Assembly (NCBI GenBank): GCA_002811645.1
Contig: PDIP01000088.1
Coordinates: forward strand, 62,001 to 126,000
DNA length: 64,000 bases
Direction of reading: 5' to 3'
DNA from: Corallochytrium limacisporum Hawaii
Taxonomy: Eukaryota; Protista; Pluriformea
Shown: positions 1 through 12,600 of the stretch, piece after piece
Layout: the number at the start of each line of letters is the position of its first letter
Position numbering within the stretch: the first letter of the stretch is position 1
Notes under the pieces: generated by a model
Databases searched by the model: none
Told to the model about the DNA's origin: nothing
Seen by the model: only the letters and a program-made list of their open reading frames with translations
Program-made: the position numbers and the translations under genes

Positions 1-1025
1 ATATCCCCGTAAAGCTGTCCAGCAGCCTCGGGACTGTTGTGGGAAAGTGGGATTTCAAAACGGAAGCAGTCAATGCCACTGTTCACGCTGTAAATCCATT
101 GGCAATGAAGGTCGTGATACGTTTGCCAACCGTCCATAGAGTAGCGAACGGTGACATCCTTCTCGTATGCCAGATTTCGTACAATTACAAAGCCAGCCAG
201 GGCACGGCCAAAAGCACAGTCAATGGCAGCCATCTCGACAAGACCAGACATGCTCGGAGACACCGACATGGCAGTGGGCTTCGTAAAGTTCAGGTTTCGT
301 GCCTTGTACACGAAGGGGCGAGCATAGCTGCCAATAGCAGAGCTCATGATGGGCTCCGAAGACTGGCGAGGTGGGAACAAAGGCCGCACCGGCTGTGCCA
401 TGGCAGTAATGCCAGCCGCACCATTTGCGTCTTTCTCCACCGGGTCCTGCCAGAGTGGCTTAACCCAAGTCAAGCGACGCTTGCCAAAATGGTCGTGGGG
501 GCGTTGCTTTTCGAAGTACCGGATTACGGGCTCCGAAGCAAACCGTACCTTCTTCGCAAAAAGACTGCTCTCAAAGAATTGGTCACCATCACCAATTCCA
601 TCACAGATACCTTCACACGACTCGTGGGTACGTGCCGGGAGACTATGCACTCGCCTGAGAGGAGCAATCTCTTCACTGTCTGACAGATCTCCTTCACTAG
701 CCGGTTCGGCTGCTTCTCCATTCCGTAGAGAAACTACCTTCTTGGCCTTGATACGTTCTTCTGTGGTCTGAGGCATGGACTCATCGTCGGACATTTCCTC
801 GCTCGAGGTAATGCTGTGTTCATCTTCCAAAACCTTCTTCTGGTTTAGTTCTTTCCGTACGGCGAAAGGCTGTGTGGGAGTTGACAACTTAGATGGGTCG
901 TTCTGTTCCGTATTTGCTACCAATGCTCCCGGCATGACTGTAAACCGTGCGCCCAAAAATCGACGCGGCAGCTCCGGACTGGCCGGTACTGCACTTGACA
1001 TTTGTCCAAGTGTTGAATGTGACAT
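1..1025 (-). CDS. Protein phosphatase 1 glycogen-targeting regulatory subunit (PPP1R3/Gac1 family, CBM21 domain); 3' end runs off the window
   Basis: Not in the ORF track because there is no stop in the window. Manual translation from ATG 1025 (MSHSTLGQ...) is open to base 1. It contains the PP1-docking RVxF motif KKVRF (~540-554) and a CBM21 signature GFVIVRNLAYEKDVTVRYSMDGW...DCFRFEI. Confidence 0.88.
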   Translation of the reverse strand, partial: MSHSTLGQMSSAVPASPELPRRFLGARFTVMPGALVANTEQNDPSKLSTPTQPFAVRKELNQKKVLEDEHSITSSEEMSDDESMPQTTEERIKAKKVVSLRNGEAAEPASEGDLSDSEEIAPLRRVHSLPARTHESCEGICDGIGDGDQFFESSLFAKKVRFASEPVIRYFEKQRPHDHFGKRRLTWVKPLWQDPVEKDANGAAGITAMAQPVRPLFPPRQSSEPIMSSAIGSYARPFVYKARNLNFTKPTAMSVSPSMSGLVEMAAIDCAFGRALAGFVIVRNLAYEKDVTVRYSMDGWQTYHDLHCQWIYSVNSGIDCFRFEIPLSHNSPEAAGQLYGD

Positions 1026-1369
1026 GATTCTCTACTAAGGTGTAGGTTCTGATATTGTTTTGTAAAACGTATTTATCCCTGTATGCTACACTACTAACAA
1101 CTGTATATTCCGGACGTTGCTGTTGTGACTATGTTAAATTCCGATCATTGAATGTTTTGATACTAAACAAGACACAAAGTTTCTTTAGTTGGAATTCCTT
1201 CCACCCGTTAGCTAGTGCAAGGAGTGTTGGATAACCTAACGTGTAATAATGTTGTATGATCTGTGATTGCCGATTCCAAGTACCTATATCGTCCGTGTTT
1301 AGCTATTCCCTCCGATGCGACAACGGTCTCAAAATGCCCATCAGGGCCAAATCAAAGCCAACAAGGATG

Positions 1370-2620
1370 AGGAGTGGATGATGAATGACGGACAACTCGC
1401 TCATGCACGCAAACAGACACGCACAATAGCGTACCCGATGTCTGATGGTTGAGCACACACCCCGAACCAGAGAATCAACGGGAGACCCGTCTTTCATTCA
1501 GCTCTTCCTCCCCTCCCCCCCCCTCCCCCTCCTCGCGCGTCTCTCCATTCCTTCTCTCCCTTTCCTTGGTTCCTCTCGGGCACTGTGTGGGCATAGTGAA
1601 AGTACGTGGGCTGCGGAACACAATTGACAATGCTTGGGGGCCCCACAAAGAGATCTGGGGAAAAGGGGGGGGGAGGGGGAAAGACAAACCGAGACGTCTG
1701 AAAGCGGAGAGGGGGCGGCAGTGAGACACCGAGAGTGAGCGAGGGAACACACAGAGTGAAATTTGAACGAATGGAACGAGGGGGCGAGCGAGAAAAAGGT
1801 ACACCACAGGCGAACGTGTGCACAGCAGGCGTCAGATGCCAGAGAGCGCGTATGTTTAATACTGACTATGAAAGAATAGTTGGTGGTGGGTCTGTGCGTA
1901 TTCGGGTCGACAAGAAAGAGAGGGATAAGGGAGGGAGGGTAGCCAAGCGTTTTTTCTTCAACGCTTGCGTTCGCCGCTGATCGGGTAGAATGACACCTGG
2001 TAGAAAGACCGGTACATTGTGGATACACAACGAACAATTAGAAAAGTTAGAAAATTAGAACGATTCTTAGATGCACCACCTGCCAAACACATATTTGACT
2101 CATCGGTGAGTGTTTGCTCATCGACGTCTGGTGGTGCTGCGCATTCCACCCTGTTAGAGATTTCATAATAAGTGGTATCATTTTTTGAGATCATTTTCAT
2201 AATTTGTTCTCTCCGGCGTGTCGAAACTCGCGACAGGGGGACACCACGGAGGATAACGAGGACGGAGGGGGGGGGGTCCAAGAAGAAGATGAGGACGAAC
2301 AGATTAGAGACTGCTAAGGGACGGCACTGATTCTATACTGGAAGTGACCCTGGTCCGGCGATGGTACTGTTGAATATATCGAGAAAAGGCTGCTTCCACG
2401 GCGGTTTATGCGGAAACGCAGCAAACAGAAGGGGCAGAGGAAAGCAATTCGCTGCCTCTGCGCCATACTGCGGCAAATGCTGTGCACTAGACTGCCGTTG
2501 TGTGATTTTTGTCTGTGTGACCGACTTGCGTGTGTGAGACCATCTAAAATGAAGTGGGTTCGAAACAATTATTTCATGTATCTTCTATAACCAATGGTAC
2601 TTCTCGACATCCGAAATATG
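1370..2620 (-). pseudogene. Decayed CNBD ion-channel unit (S2 to CNBD)
   Basis: Collinear fragments in several frames: EIIVSNP and RTHFILD (S2-S3; ORF 2314-2568), LVILRGVPLSRV (S4) and YRSFY (pore helix; ORF 1958-2281), TLGY and PTTNYSFIVSI (filter/S6; ORF 1498-2037), TYFHY (C-linker, ~1590-1606), MKDGS...STIR..VRYC (CNBD; ORF 1303-1497). Confidence 0.5.
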
Positions 2621-2825
2621 CTCTGGGAGACACACGGTTACCAGTCCGGACGAATTGGAATTCAATACATTCATTACTGACATTCCGGTGAATTCAGAGC
2701 ATTGGCTGTGCTCAGCAGTCTGCATGCATGCATGGTGGTGCGCCGCCAACAGCTAGAGAATATTGCGCTGGTCCCCCACACATATCACAGCCGCCCTCCT
2801 CCAACTTCACCCTCCCTTCCCTCCC

Positions 2826-3083
2826 NNNNNNNNNNNNNNNNNNNNNNNNNNNNNNNNNNNNNNNNNNNNNNNNNNNNNNNNNNNNNNNNNNNNNNNNNNN
2901 NNNNNNNNNNNNNNNNNNNNNNNNNNNNNNNNNNNNNNNNNNNNNNNNNNNNNNNNNNNNNNNNNNNNNNNNNNNNNNNNNNNNNNNNNNNNNNNNNNNN
3001 NNNNNNNNNNNNNNNNNNNNNNNNNNNNNNNNNNNNNNNNNNNNNNNNNNNNNNNNNNNNNNNNNNNNNNNNNNNNNNNNNNN
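2826..3083. other. Assembly gap (N run) flanked by C-rich tracts
   Basis: N run seen directly. Confidence 0.99.
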
Positions 3084-3099
3084 CCCCCCCCCCCCCCTC

Positions 3100-6000
3100 T
3101 CTCTGGTTCGGTCGAATAGATAAGCAGGCCGATCTCTGAAGCACTCATGGACTTCTCCTCTCTCCTTCTATTCGCTTCTGTGCTCTGCCTTGTCTTTTAC
3201 CATGGTTTCCACCAGTTGAGGAGGTATAGCCAGCCACAAGGGAAGCACAAAACGAAAAAAAATTGCTACCGGAGAGCACAAGGTCCTTTCTGGGTCTGGT
3301 GCCGCCCCACTCCCTTTCCGTTATTGTTGTTTGTGTCCTCCTCATGGCCAGTGTATGTATGTGACCATTCACTGAATCCACCTCGCGGAAGCGGAGGATT
3401 TTTTTCTTTCCCGTTTGACAGCCCCGCCCGCGGGGAGAAACAAAAACGGAGTGCTTGGTCAGGGTCCTCGCTCTCCGCTCAGTGGGGATTTTCCCCAGAT
3501 GGTCCTGTATATGAAAGAGATAGATTATCTATTCAAATATTAGGCAAAGTGTGTCTGATGCATGATATTTTGTTTGGGCGGGAGATGTCCGACGGGACTC
3601 GTTTCTCTCACCGTTGGTCAAATTCGAGTGAAACTTGTCGGCCCATTCAACGCACTATTGAAAATATTTTCTTTTGCGTCGTACGTACCATTGTATGTAT
3701 TAACAATGTACGAGGAGGTTTTGTATCGTCGCCACCCGGCCTGGCCTGCGTCTACGCATCACTTTTCCCAGCCGGCAGCCAGACGGCGCAAGAGTGTAAG
3801 GGGTATATTTTGTTCGCTCAATAAAGAGCTTCTTTCTCCATATTCAAACAATGCAACAGATAACAAAGTGATGACAGTGTTCGGGCTGTTCGAACAATTG
3901 AATCTGGCAGTGGTTTTCGATGCCTCCTATATCGTTTTAGACAGGTGAATTGGTTTCATGGTGTAACTACGGATAGAAAAGTACATACTGCATGTACTTA
4001 GAGTGAATTTGGAACGTAAACATGAGACTTAGGGTTTATTCCCCTGGTTGCTATTTTACACGGACGCTGCAATTTGGCTGTTTGTCATTGATAGGATGAC
4101 CGATGTTGGATTCTTGGATTATTGCAATATGGGAAGTGTATGGTATAGTAAACGGTTTTTGCGTGTCCATGTCGCCTACATGTTTCTGTTGGCAATACAG
4201 GAGCCCACAGTGTCCACTTCCGCGACACCTTAAATTTTACTATTACGGGAGAACTGAGTAGATGTCCCAGTAGGCGTTGAGACCTCCATCTCACTGCCCC
4301 AGCCGGAAGATAGTTAGAAAATACCTCAGGAAATGGATCTACCATAGTCTTTGTATGATCCACTGACGAAGTATGTAGAAAGAGAACGGACGGGAGGCGT
4401 GGTGGTGGGTATGCACGGGATGCACGTTTCAACAAACCCGAAGCCCTCACTATCGAAAAAGAATAGGATGTTCTCATGTGCGTGTGTGTGCGTGTGTGTG
4501 AGAAGCCGCTCGGGTTGGTGCCGCAGCGGCACCCGTGAACACAAACACAGCTCTCGCAGGATCTTGTGATGGGGGCTGTTGTGCCCCACCATGGTATCCT
4601 CACCGATGTAGTGTTGGTCAGAGAACAGGAAGTTTCCCAGGTTTTGGGTCATGTCGGGTTCGGACCGCTACTGGTCCACTCCTGAAGCGCTGTGAATAGT
4701 TCAATGGAACAATGTACGTCAGGAAAGAGGCGAACAGCAGGATGTATATTTCAGTGTTCAATGCATTTACGGGATTGCTATATATTCAAAGTATGGAGAT
4801 TCCCTTCTCTTACAATACCGTCCGGGGATAGTAACCGCGGTTCAAGGGAGGACACCAAGTATTTTCAGTTCGGTAGAAATTGCGATCCCTTTCGACTTCT
4901 TCTATTCTCACTGTACGTACTGTACCATAGAGTCCATACTATGGTTGACTAGTTTCTACATGTCGGCAAATGCATTTCTCGAAGGGTAGTATACATGGGG
5001 TCAATCTACGGCTTGTGCTGGTGTGTTTGCTTCTTTTTTTTCCCCGCTCCGAACGTTTTGGACTGTTCCTGAAAATGACAAGAATTCCCCAGACGTTTTG
5101 TAAGGAAATTGGTACCCTCCACTGCACACTGCGCCCTCTTTTGCGGTCGGCCAAATTCCTCCGCACGAAACCTAAGATTATCACACCTCCCCCAGTGCCA
5201 AATAATCGGTCCCTTCGCATGACGCCAATGTCCCTCCCTATGCAGTCATTATGGTCATTGCACGACTATAACGTGACAATCTAATTCTTCCACTTCGGTA
5301 TTTTCGAAGAGTACATTTCTCAGAGCCTCCATTTTTATCACAGTTTTGCGATAGCAGTGATGATTGAGGCATTAATTTCACGAAGGACACTTTTGCTGCC
5401 CCGCCTTTACTCAGTAAATGCAATTCTCAAAAGGGTATGGCTCGCAAGAAAATGTGTTCTGAAAGGTTGCTGAATGGTCCTAGTACATTTTCCCCATTCC
5501 GACAGTGTCCCTCTTTCGGGTCCACGGGGCCCGTATTGAAATCGAGAATCTCGTGGTCATTGGGTTACTGGTAAGCCCGCTTACGGAATCCCAATTGTAC
5601 ACTTGGAGTGCGGGCGGCTACGTCTTTTTTTCTTTTCTTTTTTCTTTGGTTTCACTTATGACTACCATCTCCTGTCGATCCCATACGTCCGGGCCCGAGA
5701 AAATCCAGGTCCATTTCTCCTTCACTAAATGGCTAAGCTCTGCTATTAATTTTTCATTACCCCTCGCATTCCTCAGGCTTGGCCCGCAGCAGTCGCCGTG
5801 ACTCGGTTACTTTTGCTTGGTTTCCTCCCATGCAATTTTATGTATTTTGCGTCATAGTGAGACCAGCCTTCGGGGGTCACTCATTCCTAACCAATCCACG
5901 GTCTCCGCACACCCACCCTTCCACCCACATTATTTGTCACAGTTCCATACTAAGTCACCTGCATTTTTCATCTTTCCTCTGCGGTTTCGGGTCGAAAAAA

Positions 6001-6650
6001 AGATAAGCGGTCGGGTACCCCCGAAGAAGAGAGCGTGGAGGAACCAATCACCGTAGGGCGTAACATGCTCCGAGCACAGGAAACAATACCAGTACAAAAT
6101 AACATCTAGCAGCCTCTTACCATTTATCTCTCAGTTCCATCTCCATCTCTCCGTCTCTTCCGTTTTGAAGAAAAGCGCAGACGTAAGTGGCTGTCTCCAC
6201 GTTTTCCAATTGTATCATAGTATTTGTATGACTCATTTCTTTCATTTTCCTTTCGTCCGAGTCTGAAGTCCAGAAGTTTCGGGCAATATCGACAGCAAGG
6301 CATATGGATCAAAAGTTTCCTTTTTGGCCAAGCGCACAGAATTGCGTGGCCAATCCAAGTCATCGGCTCTCCTGACGCCGAATTAGTAATCCATCGAATT
6401 TCGCAGGTGGAAAAGCAAGGGGAAACCAAGAAAAAAACTTCTTGCTTTCGCATGCGTGCGTGCGCGAGTCCACTGCAATGCAAGCCCAAGCACATCATCA
6501 CGGCGCAAATTGTAGACGGGCCCCAGCCCTCATGTCGGGAGGAACGTGTTACTAAAACTTCTCAAGACATTCGCTGGTTACTTTTCCTAAAGACCTCGTA
6601 CACAACAGTTGCTCCATTTTCTCCCAATATTCCCATTAACTGTGTCCAGA
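3100..6650 (+). pseudogene. Decayed tandem CNBD ion-channel units (about 3 co-oriented 6TM-CNBD repeats)
   Basis: Unit A: LLFASVL (S6), FSPDG.VYE..ILGKV, EMSDGTRF, RTIENIFFC (CNBD; ORF 3147-3824). Unit B: FRDTLNFTITG 4218-4250 (S2), RKIVRKYLRKW 4304-4336, VYFSVQ...YGD 4744-4800 (pore), FLKMTRIP (C-linker), VSPLTESQLY (CNBD). Unit C: PEKIQVHF..W...SLPL (S2-S3), SSHAILCI (S5), SSFLCGFG (filter), KQYQYKI 6081-6101, PSLKS..LF, KQGE..KK (CNBD). Confidence 0.62.
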
Positions 6651-9600
6651 GCACAGTGAGAAAGAAGAAGGCTTGGTAAGAAACAAAGCGAAACGAAAAT
6701 GCTTTTCCTCGAGCAACTGAAACTTTTTCCCTGTGTTTCGCTTGGAAAGTAAATAACTTTCCCGCCCACGAGACTTGTCACCCACCGGCCAGGGGGGTGG
6801 NNNNNNNNNNNNNNNNNNNNNNNNNNNNNNNNNNNNNNNNNNNNNNNNNNNNNNNNNNNNNNNNNNNNNNNNNNNNNNNNNNNNNNNNNNNNNNNNNNNN
6901 NNNNNNNNNNNNNNNNNNNNNNNNNNNNNNNNNNNNNNNNNNNNNNNNNNNNNNNNNNNNNNNNNNNNNNNNNNNNNNNNNNNNNNNNNNNNNNNNNNNN
7001 NNNNGGGAGGAGGGGGCTTGTGAAGTATATCTAGTCTCAGTTCCCATATCGTTGCCTTCTTGGTCATTCCTGACCTGCAGGATCCGACCAGAACGCGGGA
7101 CCGTACCCACAGAGTAAACTGAAAGGGCCAAAGACGAAGAAGGGACCACCAGGAAACGGCCAGGCACGCAGCGATCGCGTACCACTTCTAGACTGTTGTG
7201 CTCATCTTAAGAATCGTCCCTACCCGCTCCTTCATGCTCCACTAATTTTCATCCATACTTTTATTATAAAATTAACAGATGTTGCTACCAGTTTCTTGTC
7301 ACTGGTGTGTACTTTTTTGTCAGATGTTGTCTTCCTATTTTCGTCGTGGAGAAGTGGTGCGTGCCCGCTTCAGAAAGCACGACTTATTTTTGTCTGCCGT
7401 AATTACTACTTCTCCTCCCCATCACCCACCCACCCAAAAAACGCACGACATGAAGTACGTCTCCGAATGCTCACTGCGCTCCCATTGGCCGAATTGTGAG
7501 CCCCGCTTTTCTTCGCTTGCGAGTGACAACAACAAAAAACGATGGCGCCCAGGTGCTGAGGACGATTGCTGGGAAGGGAGAACTGACAGGCATGTGCATC
7601 AGCAAATGTCACACCATCGGTACAACCCCAATCTCCCAACCCCTCCCCCCCCAACTCCTCTTCCGTGGTCGCAGCTAAACATCTTTTATCGCACTTACAC
7701 ATCACGCTGACGGAAGAACATCAGCACTCTCTGATTGTGTGGGCCGGCGCTCGATAAGTAAATGTATATACTTTTTCTGTTCCGTTGCGGTCTGAGTTCC
7801 CGTAGCAAAACGCAGTTAGCGGAGAAAGAAAAGGCGGTTCCACAAAATACTTAGCACGGGTACTGCGGACTGCAACAGTGGAGGAGGGGAGAGGGGTACA
7901 CGCTAAACAACCGTTGGAGTGCAGCTTTCAGTTCAGCAATTGCTAAGGCTGACCGGAATAGATCCATATATTATGTATATGGCCGTTCAATACCTATCTG
8001 CCCGCATCGGACGACTGCTACACTGATTCATGTTCGAGTTTTAACTCTTTTATCTCGAGCTTGCTGTTGCTACCTCAACATACAGTACATAGCACCCACG
8101 GCGTTGTCATAGAGAGAGAAAGGCAAAAACACGGGAACAAGCACTCGGGATCTTTTCTCAGAGTCAGGGAAGAGATCACAAAACTTCAATAATAAATCAA
8201 TGGAAAAATTTTAAGGGGGAGGTGAAGCTCTGTTGATTTCTAACTATTGTAAAATAAGAAAGGACGGGGCCGCTGTGGCCAAGGGGACCGAGGCAGGTTA
8301 AATGTTGCACACTTTCAGTATTGGCATGAGAGGAGGTAACTGTAAGAGCTCCCCATTGTTCCACAAGCCTGTTCACTGTTTTCAATTGGTTAAGTTGCTG
8401 GCAGAACGTGGAGTGTCACCCCATCCCATTTCGGGCGTGTGTGAGATTCATCGCACGAGGTTACTATTGTTCAATTGTGTTGTGCAAAACCTCAAGGCCG
8501 TAAATGTTTGGTATGCACTTGAACGAAACCTGCGGTTCCTCTGGCTGGCATTGACTCTTGTGCAATGGAGAAGGTTTGGCTGAGCGGAAACGTTTCTTTC
8601 AGTGTTCAACGTCACGTTCATTCACAGCTTGAGACATAAAGCCATCCCAGCCAAAACTACCTTGCTTTGCGATAGGGTAGGGGCAACTTTTACGTAGATT
8701 TCCACGTGGGAAGGTAGTTTGCAGCCCTTGTGTGTCTTGCATTCCTCTAACCGCAACCTCCGATGATCACTTTCCGTTTCCCCATATACAGAGTACGCAC
8801 CTGTTGTTCGTTCAGCGCATGACTTTGCTCGTCTCTACACGGTCCGTACGTTTGTGATGGTGCCCGCCAGCGTTCACCGGAGCGATGAAGAAAAACAACT
8901 ACCAATTGTTTACGGAACGTTCTAATTTTCAACTGAAACAACACTGCAGAGCCGGGTATCAAGGCCACATGTGCAAGCTCTTCCTCTCTCTATATTCGAT
9001 AGCGAAGTTCTCTTCTCCTCCTCACCTGGTTCCCTCCCCGACGATCGCAACATCCCCATGTGCCGAAAGCACACCAATCATTCATGTGTGGTGGTAGCTC
9101 TCTAGTTGCCGTTGGGAGGACATGACAGACCCGGGAGGGATGAGATGGTTAAGGTTAGGCTTGGAGTTGGTATGATTCCGCTTTGTGTGGCTGCTGTTAA
9201 TCCGGTCCCGTCCACCAATTCCACTAACCTATTCATGTTCCAGGGAGCATGCCCATGCTCCAAGAATGGCTCACAGCCCGACGAAATTTCACTTCAAGAT
9301 ACAAGAGGCACGGCATTTGGGTTGCTCGCGTACACAGTTTCAAGACAAGCCAGAAGAAATATGAACGGAGACCGCGGCCAAGGGTCTCCAGCACATTGCA
9401 AAAACCGATGGAAAACGGGAGAAACAATGCGAGGACTGTGTACAGCACCGGCAGAGAACGGAGGAGCTTTAGGGGGTTGCTCATTCTTGACGTTCTCCGC
9501 TCCTGCTGAGGCGGTGTCTATGATACCGCTGAAGAAGGTATCATGGGCTCAGTACCTCAGTATAGAAGACACCGTACTTTTGCAATGAACTTTGCCCAAA

Positions 9601-12600
9601 TACTGTTAAACAGTCTGCCTCTAAAGGTAACTTTTTTCTAACAGCTTTGGGCTCTTGGGCTCTTATGCATGGATGGGAGTGGGCGAGCAGTACTGCGGAA
9701 ATGTAAATAGTGACGGCCAGGGTTCGGTGTTTGATACTTGCTGTAGGGAGACCCCCAAGGAACAGAAGTGTAAGCATGCAATATACCGCACACGCTCCGC
9801 AGAGCTGCATGGACAAAGTAAAGGCACATGAGCGTACCAGAGAGCGCCCAATGATTGAGCACAGAACAACACTGGCCCCAACAATTGTGAGTCGGACCAC
9901 CTATATTTTCAGCCATGCCTGGGGCACACCACACTAGTTTCTTTGTTGGGGCCAGCAGATGCACAAATGAATTTGCTTGTGACATTTGCAATTACCATCG
10001 ATGTCTTGTACTCGATCGGAGGGAGCGATAGGAGGTGAAGATGAGTGGGAGAAGACTGTAAAAGACCATGTCGTGACGACGATATCGGGCTGGGGACAGA
10101 AAACCAGAAAGAGAAGATCGACGATGTTGATGACCAGCAAATGTGTGGGCAACCTTATGCGCACACTCCTGCCAATAGATATCCGCGAACTAGTCTGCTC
10201 TTTACTGAAATAGGAGTGTACATCAGCTGTGTGCTAATAGGGCAACAATACAATCAGTGCCCTGAACGTGCACAGACCAGATCAATAAGTGTATGCGTGA
10301 TGTCTGCCTCTGTCGGTACAATCACGGCAGTGGTATAATGCCTGGTAGTGGTGCAGCCACGGATGTGTAGAAGAAAAGCCTCGGTGGGGACGCTTGTGTG
10401 GCTTGGGCCCTCCAGGAATGTCGAATGATGGCACCTGGGGTGACGCTTGCCCAGTGATTGGCCAGAAACGACACCTCGGTTGGGGGCATAGTGGGGCTAT
10501 GGGAAAATTGGAACAAATTGTTCGAAGGAGGAATTTTTTTTTCTCCTGGGGATGCCTCAACCGTTCAAAAAAAAAAGGGGGAGGAGGGGGGTGCGTCACC
10601 CACTTGATTTCGAAATTTCCCAAGCACACTACGCAGTGCAGTGATTGGGTCCCCGTCAGCTCCCTCGGGGTCCCTCTGCGGGAAAAGCGAGGCGCGCTCA
10701 CCAAGAAAAAGACGAAGTTGGAGCTAGGAGTATGCTTCTCTTTTTCCGTGTCGGTCGATTCATACTTTCACTATGCATAGCAACGGGGCCCAATTTCTCC
10801 ACCACCACCCTGGGGGTCGGGGTACCCCAGTGAACCCACAATTTTGTCGGCCCCATCTCTTAGGGCTTCTAGTGTTTTTCATAGTGAAAGAATGGACAAA
10901 AAACCCTTACACCTTTTCCAGGCTTCCTTCCAACCCCCAGTCATGGCGCATATGGCACAACGGTCAGGCCATAATAATCAAGAGAACGTAGTGGTTCACA
11001 AGTGTAGTATATTAAGTACTGGAAATGGAATGGATTGGAAAGGCTGATTGGCCTTACTGCCGAAGAGTACGCAACCGCAGTTTCGATAAGGCAATAGAGA
11101 ATATCAATTTGAATCAATACAAAAAATCGTCAAAATAAGGCTATATATACATACCAGATTTAGTATGATTTATTAAAGGAGTGGTACAGTGGGCAATACT
11201 GAGACTACTTGAAGACCGTACCCCTCGATAGTAAATCAGTCCTCTTGATTTCAGAATTGTCTGGTTATAAATATATGACATGTTTTTGATTATTGACTTT
11301 GATTTCTAACCAGTCTGGCTCAAGAAAGTTTCTAACGAACGCCCCCCCCGGTCCTTTATTAGAGTCTCGTCTGTTTCAGAAACGGCCCCCCCCCCAAGTC
11401 AAGAGACCCGCGGCTTTCAAAATCCCCCCCCTCCTCCCCCTCCTCCTCCCCCCCCTCCTGCAACTCTCAGGGGAACTAGGCGAGCCGGCCTCCCCGCCGG
11501 GGGGAGCGGGAATCATCCAGCGGAAAGGAAGCCACACCAGCCACACTTTCAGTTTTATTTCGAGACAACCCCCCCCCCCGGGCGGGAGGGGGGGTTAGCA
11601 GTCGTAGAGTAGCAATTGAGCTGGGACTGTGGGGGAAGTGGCAGAGCTGGGCCTCCGCCTTTTCATTATCTTTTTTCTTCAAACGGCCGCGTGTCTTTGG
11701 GTTCCTCCCCCCGTCGGAACCCATTGCGATCGTCGCCCGCTGTGTGACTCGACACCCAAGCGGCACGCAAGAGAAAGTGTGGAGAAGTGTGTACCGTACC
11801 GAATCTACTGCAGAAAATAACTGGCGGTTGGTGCGGAACCAACAAAAATTGGTGCCGGCGTTAGGAGGTTTTCTCGTCTTGGGAAAAAGAAAATTTTCTT
11901 CCTCCTTTGGCAGTGCTCAGTCCCGAGTTCATAGTGAATGAACTAGATCTCTAGGACGCAGTTGTCGGGGGTGGTGCGAGTTTATGCACCTTATGCCTAT
12001 GCTGGCTCCATGTCCACATGACATCCTCGTTGTTTTGCGGTATTAGGCAGCTACGTGACATTACGTTCGAACGTTCTGAACGGACATAATTACGGATGGG
12101 GTACACACACAGGTACACACACGCCTCAGCGGTGCCGAATGTTTTGGTTGGTGTCAGTGCTTTGTTGCGTCCTCTGTGTTCTAAACAATGAAGAGAGGCT
12201 GCTGATGGTAACCGCTGAACGAAGATAACACATCACCTTTTACCGGGAGGTTTCTACACGCGAGTGTATTCGATTCACGGTGAGAGTTGGTGGTGGATGT
12301 TTGCGCGGGCTGGTAGTCCAGACCACCACAAAACAGCGGGCGCCGCTGACCTAAGCAATGAGATGAAACGGACTTCCTTAAGAGACTTCCTCGCACTTCG
12401 TGACTGAATAAGATGAACAGATAAAGCCATCGTGCACCATGGAGAAGATATGAGTGTCCGAAGGCATACTCTGCAATTATACCATGGTGTCTGAAAGTGT
12501 TTGATTTTCTTCTGGTTGAGGGTCCGGATGAGAATGGTAAAGCATATAGGATGCACACATGGTATTCTTGACAGGGGCCCACTACCGACGAGTGATGACG

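Noticed and set aside
39-1038. Plus-strand ORFs 39-683, 346-771 and 775-1038
   Set aside because: Antisense shadows of the minus-strand PPP1R3-like CDS.
1275-2700. Plus-strand channel-like matches (KYLY..TTV, QANV..C..DYE, VRNNY..LLDI)
   Set aside because: They overlap a longer, more collinear minus-strand series. This illustrates the false-positive risk of manual matching.
4601-4680. tRNA-like segment (TAGTGTTGG ... GGTTCGGA)
   Set aside because: Acceptor, anticodon and T stems do not pair; no cloverleaf.
9541-10164. Class A GPCR-like fossil (PTHLLVINIVDLLFLVFC, DR/Y, LAHSHPCI)
   Set aside because: Too short for TM2-TM7. The same segments fit channel S2 and S5 and are followed by pore, C-linker and CNBD motifs.
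10999-11010. CAAGTGTAGTAT resembling the U2 snRNA branch-pairing region (a similar partial match at ~34047)
   Set aside because: The flanks lack U2 sequence and structure; a chance match.
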